A DNA stretch of 63,809 nt, counting the filler, from Dicyema japonicum (lineage: Eukaryota > Animalia > Dicyemida): the NCBI GenBank assembly GCA_011109175.1. It is 6 parts of 6 records of this genome, joined end to end, with 100 filler letters (N's around TTAATTAATTAA, not from the genome) between each part and the next. Parts side by side here need not be neighbours in the genome. Positions count along the whole stretch, not along the records: positions 14,103 to 26,386 come from RDEW01000165.1; positions 26,487 to 54,826 come from RDEW01000080.1; 4 more parts are not named here. The stretch is one strand, 5' to 3'. The notes under the pieces were generated by a model. That model had not been told where the DNA came from. It saw nothing but the letters and a program-made list of their open reading frames with translations, and searched no databases. Positions 14,003 through 26,489 of the stretch are shown here, piece after piece (the stretch's first letter is position 1; the number at the start of each line of letters is the position of its first letter). A program made the translations under genes and the position numbers.

Positions 14003-14102
14003 NNNNNNNNNNNNNNNNNNNNNNNNNNNNNNNNNNNNNNNNNNNNTTAATTAATTAANNNNNNNNNNNNNNNNNNNNNNNNNNNNNNNNNNNNNNNNNN
14101 NN
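14003..14102. other. Artificial contig linker N44-TTAATTAATTAA-N44 (also at 26387-26486, 54827-54926, 59136-59235, 61673-61772)
   Basis: Identical 100-nt structure occurs five times; the 12-mer has stops in all six frames. Confidence 0.95.
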
Positions 14103-14974
14103 AAAAACAGAGGTTGTTCCAAAAATAGAGGTTGCTTCAAAAATCGTATAAAAATTTGTTATTATTGTGTACATAACTATACTTTGTTGATTATAAACCT
14201 TAGAATTTAACGGAAAACTAACATTGTTTAAAATAATCCGTGATTTTTTGTCCATAACCACATTTTTTTTCTAAAATCATAAAAATCTTTGAGACAATCT
14301 GGAAACATCTTTAACACGTCTTCCTCAACTTTATTTATGTTTTCAATTGCTGTTCTTATTGTTACATGTTCAGTCTTGATTCCATCATAAAAAAATTTCT
14401 CTGAATCAGGGTCAATTTCATCCAAACACATATTCGATTGCTCTTTCTTAATAATAGTTTCTGACGAAACCTCCTTCCATGCATCAGAAATCAGTAATAT
14501 TACTTGACGCAAATTTATTTTTTTGAAGGACTCAATAAAAATTTCCTGATTGTCAGTGAAACATAAAAAATCTATTAAAGATGTAGAATAATGGTCCTTA
14601 AAAGATTTTATAATTCCACAATCCAGTGGCTGTAGTATAGCAGTTGTATTTTTTGGTAAAAAAGTAATTCTATGTTAGAGAATTCCAGATTATTATGCGG
14701 CCCAGCATTGTCCAATAGCAGAATAATTTTCCGATTTTGTGATACAAAATGTTCATTAATCATGTGAAGCCAACATCTAAAAACATCTTTTGTCATCCAT
14801 GCATTTTTGGATGAAGAATAGACAACATTATGGTTTGATGTTCAAAAACGAGGTCATTTTTTGTAAGGATTTTATTAATTTTCTAATCAAATTTTCGAAG
14901 TGTTCCAAAACCCGAGGGTGTACCAAAACAGAGGTGTTCCACCCCGAGGTCCGTTTCAAAAGAAGGTTAGACTG
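14103..14974 (-). mobile_element. Internally deleted Tigger/pogo element
   Basis: AWMTKDVF...RKIILLLDNAGPH...LQPLDCGII...AWKEVSSETI; terminus TA|CAGTCTAACC on the minus strand. Confidence 0.75.
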
Positions 14975-15849
14975 TATTTTTATAATTTTTAAAGAGCCGA
15001 ACCTAAATTGTGGTGGGTCGCTTGGCTGCGGTTGAGAATTCCTGGTCAGAAATCTAAATATAGAAATTGAGATGGTAATTTAATATAGATATATTAAGGT
15101 AATATATCTTAGTAAATTATATAAATAAACAGAATTTCTTAATTAAATAAAATCATGTTGTGCCGTGCTTGCTTTACTAGCCATGTGATGATGTTGGCAA
15201 ATAATAAAGAGGTTTAGAGTCATTATCGGGTCACAACATAATAGAGTTGTTGTGAAGTACAAGTGACTAACATAATTGTGGCTTATCTGTTTACATTTTA
15301 TAGCCAACAATTTCCTCTTTTGATTTAATTTTAGTAATCTGATGGCTAATTCTCCTTAATTTTTAAAATTAAAGTTTTTAATCTACTATATTTATCAAAT
15401 CCGTCTTCTTAGTAGTTTATTTTAGTTACACAATTTTATTCCATATTATTTATTCAATTCTTAATACTTGAGATTAGTATTTCCCACACTCTCCTGTTTG
15501 ATTCTAGGTTGTTGAGTTCTATTTGAGTTCTATACCCACCTTTGCTGTTTTTATTGGCCTTAGGTAATTGTTTAGGTCTTTGTAGAATTAACATTATTGT
15601 CCTGGTAGTTCCCTTTTTTAAACCGTTTTTTTACCAGGACCTTTTTGATTTTTTATTCTATTTGTCCATGCACGTAAATACATCTACAACTCTTTTATAT
15701 CTTCTTAAATTTTTCTTCGACCACAGCTGTAGCCAAATGGTCAACGGTTTTCTTCGCTGAGTTCAGTGAGTACACATTTCTTCGGCCGTATCCATAAATA
15801 AATTCCGATCTTGAGTAAAGCATAGCACTCCTTCACTTCGAAGAGAATT

Positions 15850-18010
15850 GTTTTCATTTAGAAGCTTCCCGGAAATCTCTGTGTTACGGGCTATCACCGA
15901 TCAAGTAACGCAGACGGACATCAAGTGGGCGAATCAAGTGGTTAATGTCTCTCGAGAAAGATTCAAAAGGATACCACGTGGTGGATGGCCTATGATCACC
16001 CGGGCTTTTAACGAAAAGTTCCTTACGTCAAAGTCTGTGGCGAACTTGAAGCGTCTGACTAAGATATCGGGAACTAAGTCTAACTTTCCAATGGATCAAG
16101 GAAAGAGTCGCACTGCTGAAATCTCTAATTTTAGAGAATGCTCAAATGAATTTTCCTTCCAGATTAAGGAAGTAAAGTCTATTCCTCGAAATATGAGGAA
16201 GCCGACCCCAAAGTCCCATACCAACTACTCAAAAAAGAGATATTGTCTGGAATAAATGGAGTGATTAGCGAATACATAAAGACTACCATTCCTCTCAATT
16301 TAAATGATATCACCGACGTGATCTATGCCGCACAGTTGACATACCAAGCTCTTACAAAATACTCTTCTAAGAATAACAACTGGAAAGGGGACATGGAAGC
16401 AAAACTGAGTAAACTTAAAGCACAGTACGAACAGACTAATACGCTTATTGACCAAATGGGAATTCGAAGTTCGATGAGGCAACGAGGGATACCCTGAGTG
16501 AATATGGATTTCAAAAGTCAAAGAGAGGAGAACTTGGAAGGATATTTGCTTGCATTGGAGATGAAATAAAAATTGTCGAAAAAAACTACGATTCAGTGAA
16601 GCATGAAGAGAATTCCGTAAGCAAAATTGGTCCTTTGAACTGAACCGGCGACGTTTCTACCGGACTTTGAACGTTGGAAAAACGACTGCAAAGCTAATGT
16701 TTAACGAGAGTGAATTCCTTTCGTATTGGGAGAAAATATGGAGTGAACACGAGAGGGATGGTAGTACAGTGGCGATTAGCAAGAGAGTCACCGGGGCAGA
16801 GGACACATTTGCAGACTTTAACAAAGAAGCAATTCTTGAAGTAATTAAACAACTCCCAAACTGGAGAGCTAGTGGATACGACGGGGGTGTACAACTTCTT
16901 TCTGAAAAAATAACCCCAATTCATGATCGCTTGTGTGATGAACTCGCCAAAATAATACATGGAGAGTATGCACCAACTGAGTGGTTATACACCGGAATCA
17001 CACATCTAACCCCGAAAAAAGATATTTTCCAAGTTCCGGAAGACCTGAGACCAATTTCGTGCGTGCCTAACTTATACAAACTCGCTACGAAATATGTTAA
17101 CAGGAAGATGGGAGATTATATTGAAGCATATAACTTGATTGCTGATAATCAGGTGGGAACTCGACGAATGTGCCAGGGTGCTAAGGAGCAGGCAATAATT
17201 AATCAGTGCATTCACAAGCAATTCGGAAATGATTTGTTTTCTACCTGGATTGATGTGAAAAAAGCGTTCGATTCGGTCGATCACGACTTTCTGTATCAGG
17301 TCCTTGAAAATTCTGAACTCCCCCATTGGATTGTAAATTTCGTGAATAACCTTGTTATGAAATGAAGAATTAAGCTAACCCTGAACCAGCACCTAATCGG
17401 AGAGGTCAAAATGGAAAGGGGTGTACTCCAGGGTGATTCCTTGTCACCCCAAATCTTTTGCACTTGTAATGGACCCCCTCAGTAGAATTCTGAACGCAAA
17501 GTACCCCAAAGGTATTATGGATAATCAAGAGCACGGTTTTATTACATATACAACAAACCACCTACTTATTATAAATGACCTAAAAATATTTTCACAAAAA
17601 GAAGACGTAATGATGATTATAATGAATGATGTAAATATTTTCTTCCGAGCCGCCGGGCTGGAAAAAATGTTGAAAAATTCGCAACTATAGTGTGGCTGAT
17701 TTAGGGTTGCAAGAGAAATCGTTTGATGAGATGGAAGAAGTGCTAGAAGATTCAAGAAGCGAAGTACTGAAGGCACTCTTTGGAGAATAAAAAAAGATCG
17801 ACAATCTTTCGAAGACAAAATTAAACTGGTTCAACATACACTAAGCGCAAAAAAACCGTTTTTTCTAAATATCAAAAATTTGTATGTAAAAGCATAAATG
17901 AAAGTGCATTATCCCTCTACAACTACTACACTGGGCTCGTCAATATTGAGCCACCGGGATTTAAACAGATTGACAAAAACGTGCGGAATATCCTTTTACA
18001 GCATCGAACT
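15850..18010 (+). mobile_element. R4/Dong-clade non-LTR retrotransposon, degenerate RT region
   Basis: LRPISCVPNLYK, NQVGTRRMCQGAKEQAIIN, WIDVKKAFDSVDH, GVLQGDSLSP, TNHLLIINDLKIF. Confidence 0.8.
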
Positions 18011-18609
18011 TTGAGAAATCGACACAAGCTTACATTTATTATTATTATTAACCCAAGATCACCGTCCAAAACCTAGAACTAATTAATCAGGTGACCCCGG
18101 CTTCTCTGAGGAGGGTCCTCATCTTTGCCCGGTGCTGCTCCCTAGTCCCGACACAATTTCTATGAGGGCGCGGTGGTGGAGTTTTAGGGCCTGTGNTGAA
18201 GAAAACATTAGTGAGGATGATGGTACAACTCTGCTAACTCAATTAACCAGATATATGCCAATGTAGAGACACAAGATCGATAATTGAAAGCAACTCATTC
18301 GATCAGACAGCATATATGAATCAATTTATTTCGATAATCCTAAACGATATTCAATACATTTTCCTTTTCAATAAATAGTTCTGATATAAGTAATGCATTC
18401 ATATTCAGGACAATTCTAGCGAACAAATACCCATTGATATTAAATATTCGCAATAATTAGCAGCCATTTAATTTAAGAATGATAGTGAAGAAGGAAATAA
18501 TGAGGGAAGGCACGTGAATTGGCGATCGTAAATCGACGCGACCGATAAGTATTTATACTTGATTGCCGATTCGTGTTCGATTTCTCTTCAGTTTTATATT
18601 TGAAATGTT

Positions 18610-19740
18610 CTCTTGTCAAAAAGAAGTCAGGGGTTGATATTCGCTCGGATTTAAAAGCTATGCAAAAATTGAGAAGAGAGGTAGAAAAGGCAAAAAGAAC
18701 ACTTTCCTCTCAACATCAAGCGACCCTGGAAATAGAGGACCTTTTCCAACAAACTGACTTTTCTGAAGTTCTGTCCAGAGCTCGATTTGAGCAGTTGAAC
18801 AATGAACTATTCAAGAAAACTTTAATTCCGGTCCAGACAGTACTCGATGATGCTGGACTTAAAGCCTCGGATGTCGACGAAGTCATTCTTGTTGGCGGAT
18901 CAACCAGAATTCCTCACATTCAAGCATTGGTCAAGAATTTCTTTAATGGAATGGAACCAGCCCGAGGAGTCAATCCAGACGAGGCAGTCGCATTTGGGGC
19001 TGCAATTCAAGCAGGAGTGCTTTCCGGTGAGGGATCAGACATGGTCCTGCTGGATGTGACTCCCCTTTCACTTGGAATTGAAACTATGGGTGGAGTGATG
19101 CACAAACTAATTCAAAAAAATACTGTCATTCCTACAAAACGTCAAAATACGTTTTCTACAGCCGTGGACAATCAGCCGGGTGTTGATATCCTCGTGTTTC
19201 AGGGAGAGAGAGAACAGACCAAGTTTAATAAGAAGATTGGGAATTTCCACCTTTCTGGAATCCCGCCGCCCCTCGAGGATCCCCACAAATCGAGGTCACT
19301 TTTGAAATTGACGTGAATGGGATTCTCACAGTCAGTGCTGTTGACAAGTCCTCAAAGTCTTCTCAGTCTCTTGTCATTGATTCAAATGCTGACCGTCTTT
19401 CTAAAGAGGAGATTGACAAAATGATCAAGGACGAGGTCGAATTCGCCGAGGAAGATCGTCTCTTCAAGGAAAAAACTGAATCGTTCCAAAGATTCGAGGC
19501 TGCTGCCTATCAGCTCAGCGCACAGTTGAAAGATGATTCAAAATTGGGAGGAAAATTGAGTGCTAAGAAAAAAAAGCTTTGGAAACTGAAGCCTCTAGTG
19601 CTTTGGATTGGCTCAACTCCAATAGAAATGCTTCTTCTGATGAAACCAAAAAACGTCTTTCTGAATTCGAGTCTGTGGTTCATCCTATCACTTCCAAATT
19701 TGCATCCGCTCAACCTAATCCGGCTTCTGAAGAACTTTAG
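18610..19740 (+). pseudogene. HSPA5: 5'-truncated, intronless ER Hsp70 (BiP/GRP78) with two frameshifts; ends in SEEL
   Basis: [76 protein letters not shown]; frameshifts at ~19270 and ~19570; corrected end HPITSKF...PASEEL* is a KDEL-like signal. Confidence 0.85.
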
Positions 19741-19930
19741 TTAGTTTTCTTGATTGTTTAAATATGGCTCTTAATTTGTTTTTTCTTATTTTATTCCACT
19801 TTTGATTTAGTTTTGTTACTATTTTCCAGGACTATATTGATGAAAGGACATGAGATAAGTTTTAAAATCAATTTATTTGTCAATTATTGGTTTTATTGAG
19901 TTGCCACAAATCTGTATAATTTCCAAAGTA

Positions 19931-22900
19931 CAGTAAAGTCTCTCTCGAATCCGCCATTTCTCGAATCCGCCAATTATAACTAATAAATTCTTTTATCCGC
20001 CATTGTCTCTAAGAAAATTTCTCGAATCCGCCAAATTCTCGAATTCGCCAGATTTTTGTTAACGAATCCGCCATGTTTCTCAATTTTAAATAATTTTTTA
20101 AATTAATTTTACAGGTAAATAATTAATTTATTAACACGTATTCATTGTTTATTGTTGTCTTCATGAAACGTAACTGTACACGATTAAAAAACAAACAAAA
20201 AATTGCCATTTTAAAGTTCATTGAATCGAATATTGAATTTCTTTCCATAAAAATTTCAGAAATTTTTTCCGAAAAATATAATGTACCTATTTCTCGTAGA
20301 TCTATTGATGATCTGAGAAATAAGAGGGGAAATGTGTTGAATAACTTAAGATCTGACATTTCTCGTAAAGATTTGGTACTTTTGTCGAAGTGGTCGCAGT
20401 TTTTTTAGGCCTTTTTAAGTGGATATCCTTTCAAAATCACGTATTGGAAAATTCTGTTGTGGACTTATGCGACATAAAATTCCGACAGCTCCCAATAAGT
20501 AAGGAGGATGCAGTGCATTTTCTGCAAAATGTGGATATCCTTTCAAAATCACGTATATGTCCGAAGGGACATCAGATGGAATTAGTCTTGGGACCGAAGC
20601 TCATTTGGAAATGCTCAAGAGTTGGTTGTAGAGTCCAATGTTCTATTAAAAAAGGTATAATTTCTCTCAAATAATTCTAGATACCTGGTTAGAGAATTGT
20701 AGATTGCCATTGAGGATGTCATCGCCTACATATACTTATGGAGTTACGATAGGCATACCTTCAAATGGCTTCACCACGAATACAATTGGGGTGAACATAC
20801 ATATGTCGATTGGGCTATGTTTTTACGTGAAGTCTGTGTGGACGCACTTGTTAACAGATCTGACGGCAAAATTGGTATTATTAATGTTTATTTCAGGTGG
20901 TCCTGGTATGATTGTGGAGGTAGACGAGAGTATGTTTTCCAAACGGAAAAACAACTCTGGAAGAGTTTTACCAAAACAGTGGGTCTTCGGTGGTATTTGT
21001 CGAGCCACCAAACAGTGTTTTCTGCAACCAGTCGCGGATAGGAGCAGAGAAACACTGCTCAGTCTAGTAATTCGATATGTCGAGGTGGGAAGCATTATTT
21101 ATAGTGACTGCTGGAAAGGTTAGCATTATTTGATTAACATTTAGGGTATTCAACTGATCAATTGGTTGAAAACGGCTACACACACGAAACCGTTAACCAT
21201 AAGTAAGGAAATATAATATTTTCAGAAAATTATTTGTGGATCCAACGACGGGAGTGCACACCCAGACAGTAGAACGAATGTGGTGAAGTGCAAAATGCAA
21301 GAATAAAGCTCAAAGAGGAGCTGTAAGACATCATCTGGGATCTTATTTCGCAGGTTTTTTTAGTTAGTTATTTTTTCAGAATTTATGTGGCGAAAACAAA
21401 TACAGAACTATAAGGAATCTTTTGCACAAATTGTAAAAGACATAAATTCCTTCTACAGTCCTGGAATTTGGATGCCGCGTACTAAAAATGACTAAATTGG
21501 TTAAATAAATTTTTAAATAATTTTAATAACCATTTAAATTATTGATAGAGGGTTATAAATTAAATAATCTATTTTTCACTAAAAAAATTAATTTTAATTA
21601 TCTTCTAAAAAAACTGCGACCACTTCGACAAAAGTACCGAATATTTAAAGTTTAGTGAAATCGATAATGATAGATTTCTTGGATTAATTCAATGGATGCT
21701 AAAGGAGCCATTTTGAACGATAAATTATTACTGAGAAAGCCAAAATATTTGCTTCGAAACGAGGATTCAATGATTTTAAAGGAAACAAGGGGTGGCTTGT
21801 TAAATTCAAAAAGAGGAATGGTTTGAAGTTACGAAATATGCATGGAGAATCTGCAACTTTAAATTTTGACCCTAATGTGGTATCAAATTTTATTGAATTA
21901 ATCAAAAATAAAATCGATCTCTAGGTGTCAAAATGTTTATAATGCCGACGAAACTGTTTATTTTACAAAATGATGTTTGTAAAACCTTAAATCGGGTTAT
22001 AAAGTATTAAAAGACAGAGTTTCAGTCATGTTATGTACAAATGCGGATGGTACAGATAAACGAGCACCATTATTAATCAGGATGTTTAAAAATCCTAGAT
22101 GTTTTAAAAGTTTTATATTAAAAAATATGTCACATATTCTAATTCAAAAAGCATGGATGGATAGCCGAATTTTTAATCAATTTCTTTTGAAATGGAAAAT
22201 AGAATTGGGGAAGCATAATAGAAAAATTTTGCTTGTTGTAGATAAATGCCCTGCACATAAGTGAATTTTATAACATTTACATTAGGTTTTGATTGAATTA
22301 AACCAAATTGAAATAATATTTTTACCACCGAATACAACGTCGTTTTGCAACCACTGGACCATGGTATAATTAAATCGTACAAATGCAATTTCAATTCTCT
22401 TAATTTTCCAATATTATTCAGAAAATTGAAGCTGGGATAAATCTTTATATTGCATACAAAAAATTAAACTTGAAAAATGCAATATTATTCACACATTATG
22501 CATGGAACAAGATTGATAGTTCCTTAATATTCGAATGCTTCACACACGCAAAATGGATTCAAAACATTGAAAATATAAATAATGAAAACCCAGTTATTAG
22601 AAATTACGGATATATTCTAGACAAAATAAACATAAGTGATCCATCAGAAGAGAGACTTTATATCGAAATTGACTACAATGAAGATGAAGAACTTGATTTG
22701 ATTGATTCGAGAAATTAGAACAAGAAATTGATAGTGATGAGCCACTTGAACAAAGTCAGAAAAGTGAAACTATTAAGCGTGGCTTTGCTAGCCTTAATAA
22801 ATTAAACGAATTTTATAATTAAAAAGAATTCTTAATGTCGAAATCTTGAGTCTATTGAAAGCTTGGATCTTCAATGATCCGAACTAAAAAAAAAACAAAT

Positions 22901-23034
22901 CAAACTTACTGAATTTTTTGCATATAAGTAATTTTTTTGATTTACATTATTAATGGATGTAAAAATCAATAAGTCTCTTGAATCCGCCAGATTTTGCCGA
23001 TCCTCGAAATTGGCGGATTCGAGAGACTTTACTG
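19931..23034 (+). mobile_element. Full-length degenerate Tigger/pogo DNA transposon, interrupted by a Merlin element
   Basis: TA|CAGTAAAGTCTCTC...GAGAGACTTTACTG|TA termini; CENP-B-like GWLVKFKKRNG...HGES; DDE_1 motifs NADET, KILLVVDKCPAH, FLPPNTTS, LQPLD. Confidence 0.9.
20375..21638 (+). mobile_element. Merlin (IS1595/ISXO2-type) DNA transposon; transposase split by five 22-26 nt introns
   Basis: ~33-bp TIR GGTACTTTTGTCGAAGTGGTCGCAGTTTTTTT; imperfect 8-bp TSD AAAGATTT/GAATATTT; spliced motifs GGPGMIVEVDES, WVFGG, IYSDCWKGY, VNH..FVDP.TGVHTQTVE.MW, EFMWR; one frameshift (~20710) and one TGA (~21284). Confidence 0.92.
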
Positions 23035-23242
23035 TATTGAAAATGTTCAGATTCAATCAATTTTATAGTAAAACTAAAAACTATGATCGTGTACATATTT
23101 TTATTTTTGACCATCTTAGTTTTGATTGATTTTAGTTCTAGGAAAATTTTTTTAATTGTTTTAATTTGATTTTTTGTTATCAATAAAGCTAAAAAGATAG
23201 TCGAGTGCCCAAGGGTCAGCTCAACGACGCCGCGTTTTAATA

Positions 23243-24936
23243 CAGTAAAGTCTCTCATATCCATCAACTCTTTTGATAACCGCCACAAAAATATATTTTA
23301 AATGGAAAAATTCTGATATCCGCCATTTCCATATTCTAATAACCGCCACTTTTTATTTGGTTTTCATTGATTTGTTTAATCAATCCGGAAATTTTTACCT
23401 TAATGGAGCGCTATTGGCTTAAATGATAAGTAAGGCCTTCAAGAAAGTCGAAAAAACTACATAATTTAGATCAGCGGTTCTCAACATTTGGGTTGTGGGG
23501 CCAAATCAATATTTAAATTTCCTTACCGGGGCCGCCATAATTTTTAACAATAATTTTGGCGGCGGCCAGCATTCTCCCTCTCTTACGGATCGCTAAGGAG
23601 TTCGCAATTTTTATCGTCATGTTCTTCGAAAATGACTTTGTCTTTTGGTAAATTCCTTACTTTCTGGAAATAATTTATAGAACCTTTACGTAATAAAGTT
23701 ATATACTGTACCTATTAAGGCATTTAAAACGACATAACAACCTCACAGCAGTATGAAGAATCACTTCTCGATATTCAACATCAACTTGTTACCAAAAAAG
23801 ATTTAAAATATCGATGATTGAGTGCTTATGAGCGTATCCAGTTCACGATATTAACAACTTTTTTAGAAACATAATCCATTTTAATGGATTTGACGATAAG
23901 ATTTTCCTGGTGAATTATGCAATGATGCCAAATTAATGGATATAAATTATTTTCGATAGAACCCCTCTAACAAAAACAACTATATGTTGTTCTGTATCGG
24001 TTATATCTTTGGAACAATCAAGATCCAAGGAATAAAAAACAAATTCTTTTGCAGCACTAATAATAATTTACTTTAACAAATTACGATATAAGCTGATTCT
24101 CGATATCATCTGATATTAATTGTATTTTTCTCGTAACAGTATCATTGCTAAGTGTTAATTTTCTAGCAATGTCTTGTTGTATTGTGCTAGGACAACATTC
24201 ATTGGCAAATATCTGAATTGCCTCCTTGAATATTTCCCCATCAGTATACGGCTTCATATGTGCTCCAATCAAATGGCATATTTTCAACGAAGCCATTGTT
24301 GTATCATTGTTGGTTGCTCCACTTTTGAAATATGACGTTTTTTTAATATATTCTGATTTAAGAAAGTTCAGTTTTCTTTTTCTTGACTCGCCTAAAATAC
24401 TATTAATCAATGAGGTTTTCACATAAATAGGAGTCGAATTTGGAAGAGTGCCGCCGATAATGTCGTTCAATGGTATACGTTTTTAATGTATTTAGCGTCG
24501 CATAGCATATAAGGCACTGTGCTTTTCCTTTACATTCAACTACAAAAAATTTTTCTTCCCAGTCTTTTTGAAATACACGATTTTCTTGAGTGATATTTCG
24601 ATTTCGCTTAATACAACCAGACATACGCTTAATACAACCAGACATAAAGATAAAAAATGGCACGCTAAAATAATTTATTTTAAACTTAAAGTTTGATATA
24701 AGAGTAAATAATTAAATTTTAACATTATAAAAAAAATTAACAAAAAAAGTTAGTTGCTCTCCAGGGGCCGCAAAAAACATCCTGGGGCCGCATTTGAGAA
24801 CCGCTGATTTAGATAATTGGATGATTAAAAATAAATCTTGTTTTGAAATTTTTTTATGGATTCTGTTATCCGCCATTTCTAATAACTGCCACATTTTTAG
24901 AAATCCCATTTTTTGCAGATATGAAAGACTTTACTG
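23243..24936. mobile_element. Tigger-family MITE (~350 bp) interrupted by a hAT element
   Basis: TA|CAGTAAAGTCTCTCATATC...GATATGAAAGACTTTACTG|TA; terminal bases and ATCCGCCA internal motifs shared with the Tigger at 19931-23034. Confidence 0.85.
23472..24806 (-). mobile_element. hAT Buster/Charlie-type element, internally deleted, with a 28-nt intron
   Basis: TIR CAGCGGTTCTCAA; perfect 8-bp TSD ATTTAGAT (23464-71 and 24807-14, nnnTAnnn pattern); BED-like finger AQCLIC...ERHY; intron at 24057-24084. Confidence 0.92.
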
Positions 24937-25182
24937 TAATTATATTTCTATTAAATTTTGAATTGTTTGATTTAATGAAAAATTATTTTTATAGAAAATT
25001 TGCGTTTGACAACTTATTTTAACATTGGATTTTTTTAAAAAGAATTTTTCTGGGATCAAAAAAATTTTTAAAAATGAATTTATTTGATTTTATTAGTTTA
25101 TGATTTATTACCTTAAATATAACATCACCGCCAAAAAAGAAAAACAATTTATTGTCATAGTGATTATAAACCAAATTAATAG

Positions 25183-25954
25183 CAATGACAAATCCAACTT
25201 CAGTTACAAAAGAATTACCGTCTACAGAAATGGCGATCCCTTCTATAAACATAAATTCGTTGTCAATCCAAGACAGATCAGGAACATGGATATACTTTTA
25301 AATCATCTTACAGAACGGATTTTGCCTATCTGGGGATGTGTTCGAAAAATAATGACCCCGATCAACGGTCACAGAGTAAAAAAACTTTCTCAAATTGAAA
25401 ATGGCAAAGTTTATGTTGCAGGAAATATGTCTAAGTTTATTAAAATTGAGTTATAACATATGTCATCGTAATTATAGATACCATATTGAAGACCAAAAAT
25501 CCCAGCCCATCAATCCTGTCAGAATTCAAAAAACTACCAAAAGTAAAGTTGATTTATTCATGACCAGATTCCTAAACAATACCAAACCATAAAAAGTCGA
25601 ATCAACGTACCAGAACAATTTCCAATTTTGATTTAGTAAATTAAACATGAAAATGGAAACAGTATCCGGACACCTTCAAAAGTCATTTTACGCGGAAATT
25701 CACAAAAAAGCCTTGAATTGTGTCTTGATGCAATTAATGAAGAAATAAAAATGAGGACCGGGCTGTCAGAAAGTATATTATTTATGTTATTTCAAGAATT
25801 TATTCTTTGTCAGGAGAGATTAATAAATAATGTGGATAAACTAACTTCAAACAGTCATTATGTGGCCGCAGGCTCAGAAAAAAAATTTATAAGTTGTAAC
25901 TACAGAACTGAGAAGACACAAATAAATTTTTCTACATTCATAGCCAAAACGTGA
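25183..25954 (+). pseudogene. DCDC2: Tandem doublecortin-domain gene (DCDC2-like) with micro-introns and several lesions
   Basis: ITVYRNGDPF...WGCVRKIMTPINGHRVKKL...YVAG...FIKIE|Y; linker SRINV; second DCX ENGN...MRTG...HYVAAG; introns 25450-25477, ~25548-25567, 25773-25796; frameshifts in the second domain; 5' end uncertain. Confidence 0.7.
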
Positions 25955-26489
25955 TAAAATATTTATTTATGAGTTGACCTAACTATACTCATTTATTGTA
26001 ATGTTTTAATTAATGCAATGATGCAATTCCTTTATATTATGGATAAAGAATAGATTTATAACATTTATCCGGATTTTAAATATTACCTTTAATGACGTCA
26101 GTTGATTAAACAAATGAGGAATGTGATTAAATTTAAGTAGTTATGGGGTTTTGCAGTCAACAGCGCTAAGGAAATAATATTTTTTCCTTGGAGACGTTTA
26201 TAGATCGAGCTAGTCGCTTTCGAGACATCCATGTGCTGGGAAACGACCCATCGGTTGTTGATCAAAGCAAAAGAAATGGATGAGCTATTCTGCTTGTGGC
26301 AAAAACTAGCTCGACTTTTTTCGCTATCCGCGCTGGGTAGTTTAACGCGTTTACCTATGATTTTTTTCAAGTGGGATGTGGTTATTNNNNNNNNNNNNNN
26401 NNNNNNNNNNNNNNNNNNNNNNNNNNNNNNTTAATTAATTAANNNNNNNNNNNNNNNNNNNNNNNNNNNNNNNNNNNNNNNNNNNNTTT

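Noticed and set aside
14047-14058. Palindromic TTAATTAATTAA recurring five times
   Set aside because: Artificial all-frame-stop linker inside N padding, not biology.
21284-21286. In-frame stops in several genes as evidence of an alternative genetic code
   Set aside because: The stops co-occur with frameshifts in damaged copies, and TAA, TAG and TGA all appear as apparent terminators elsewhere.
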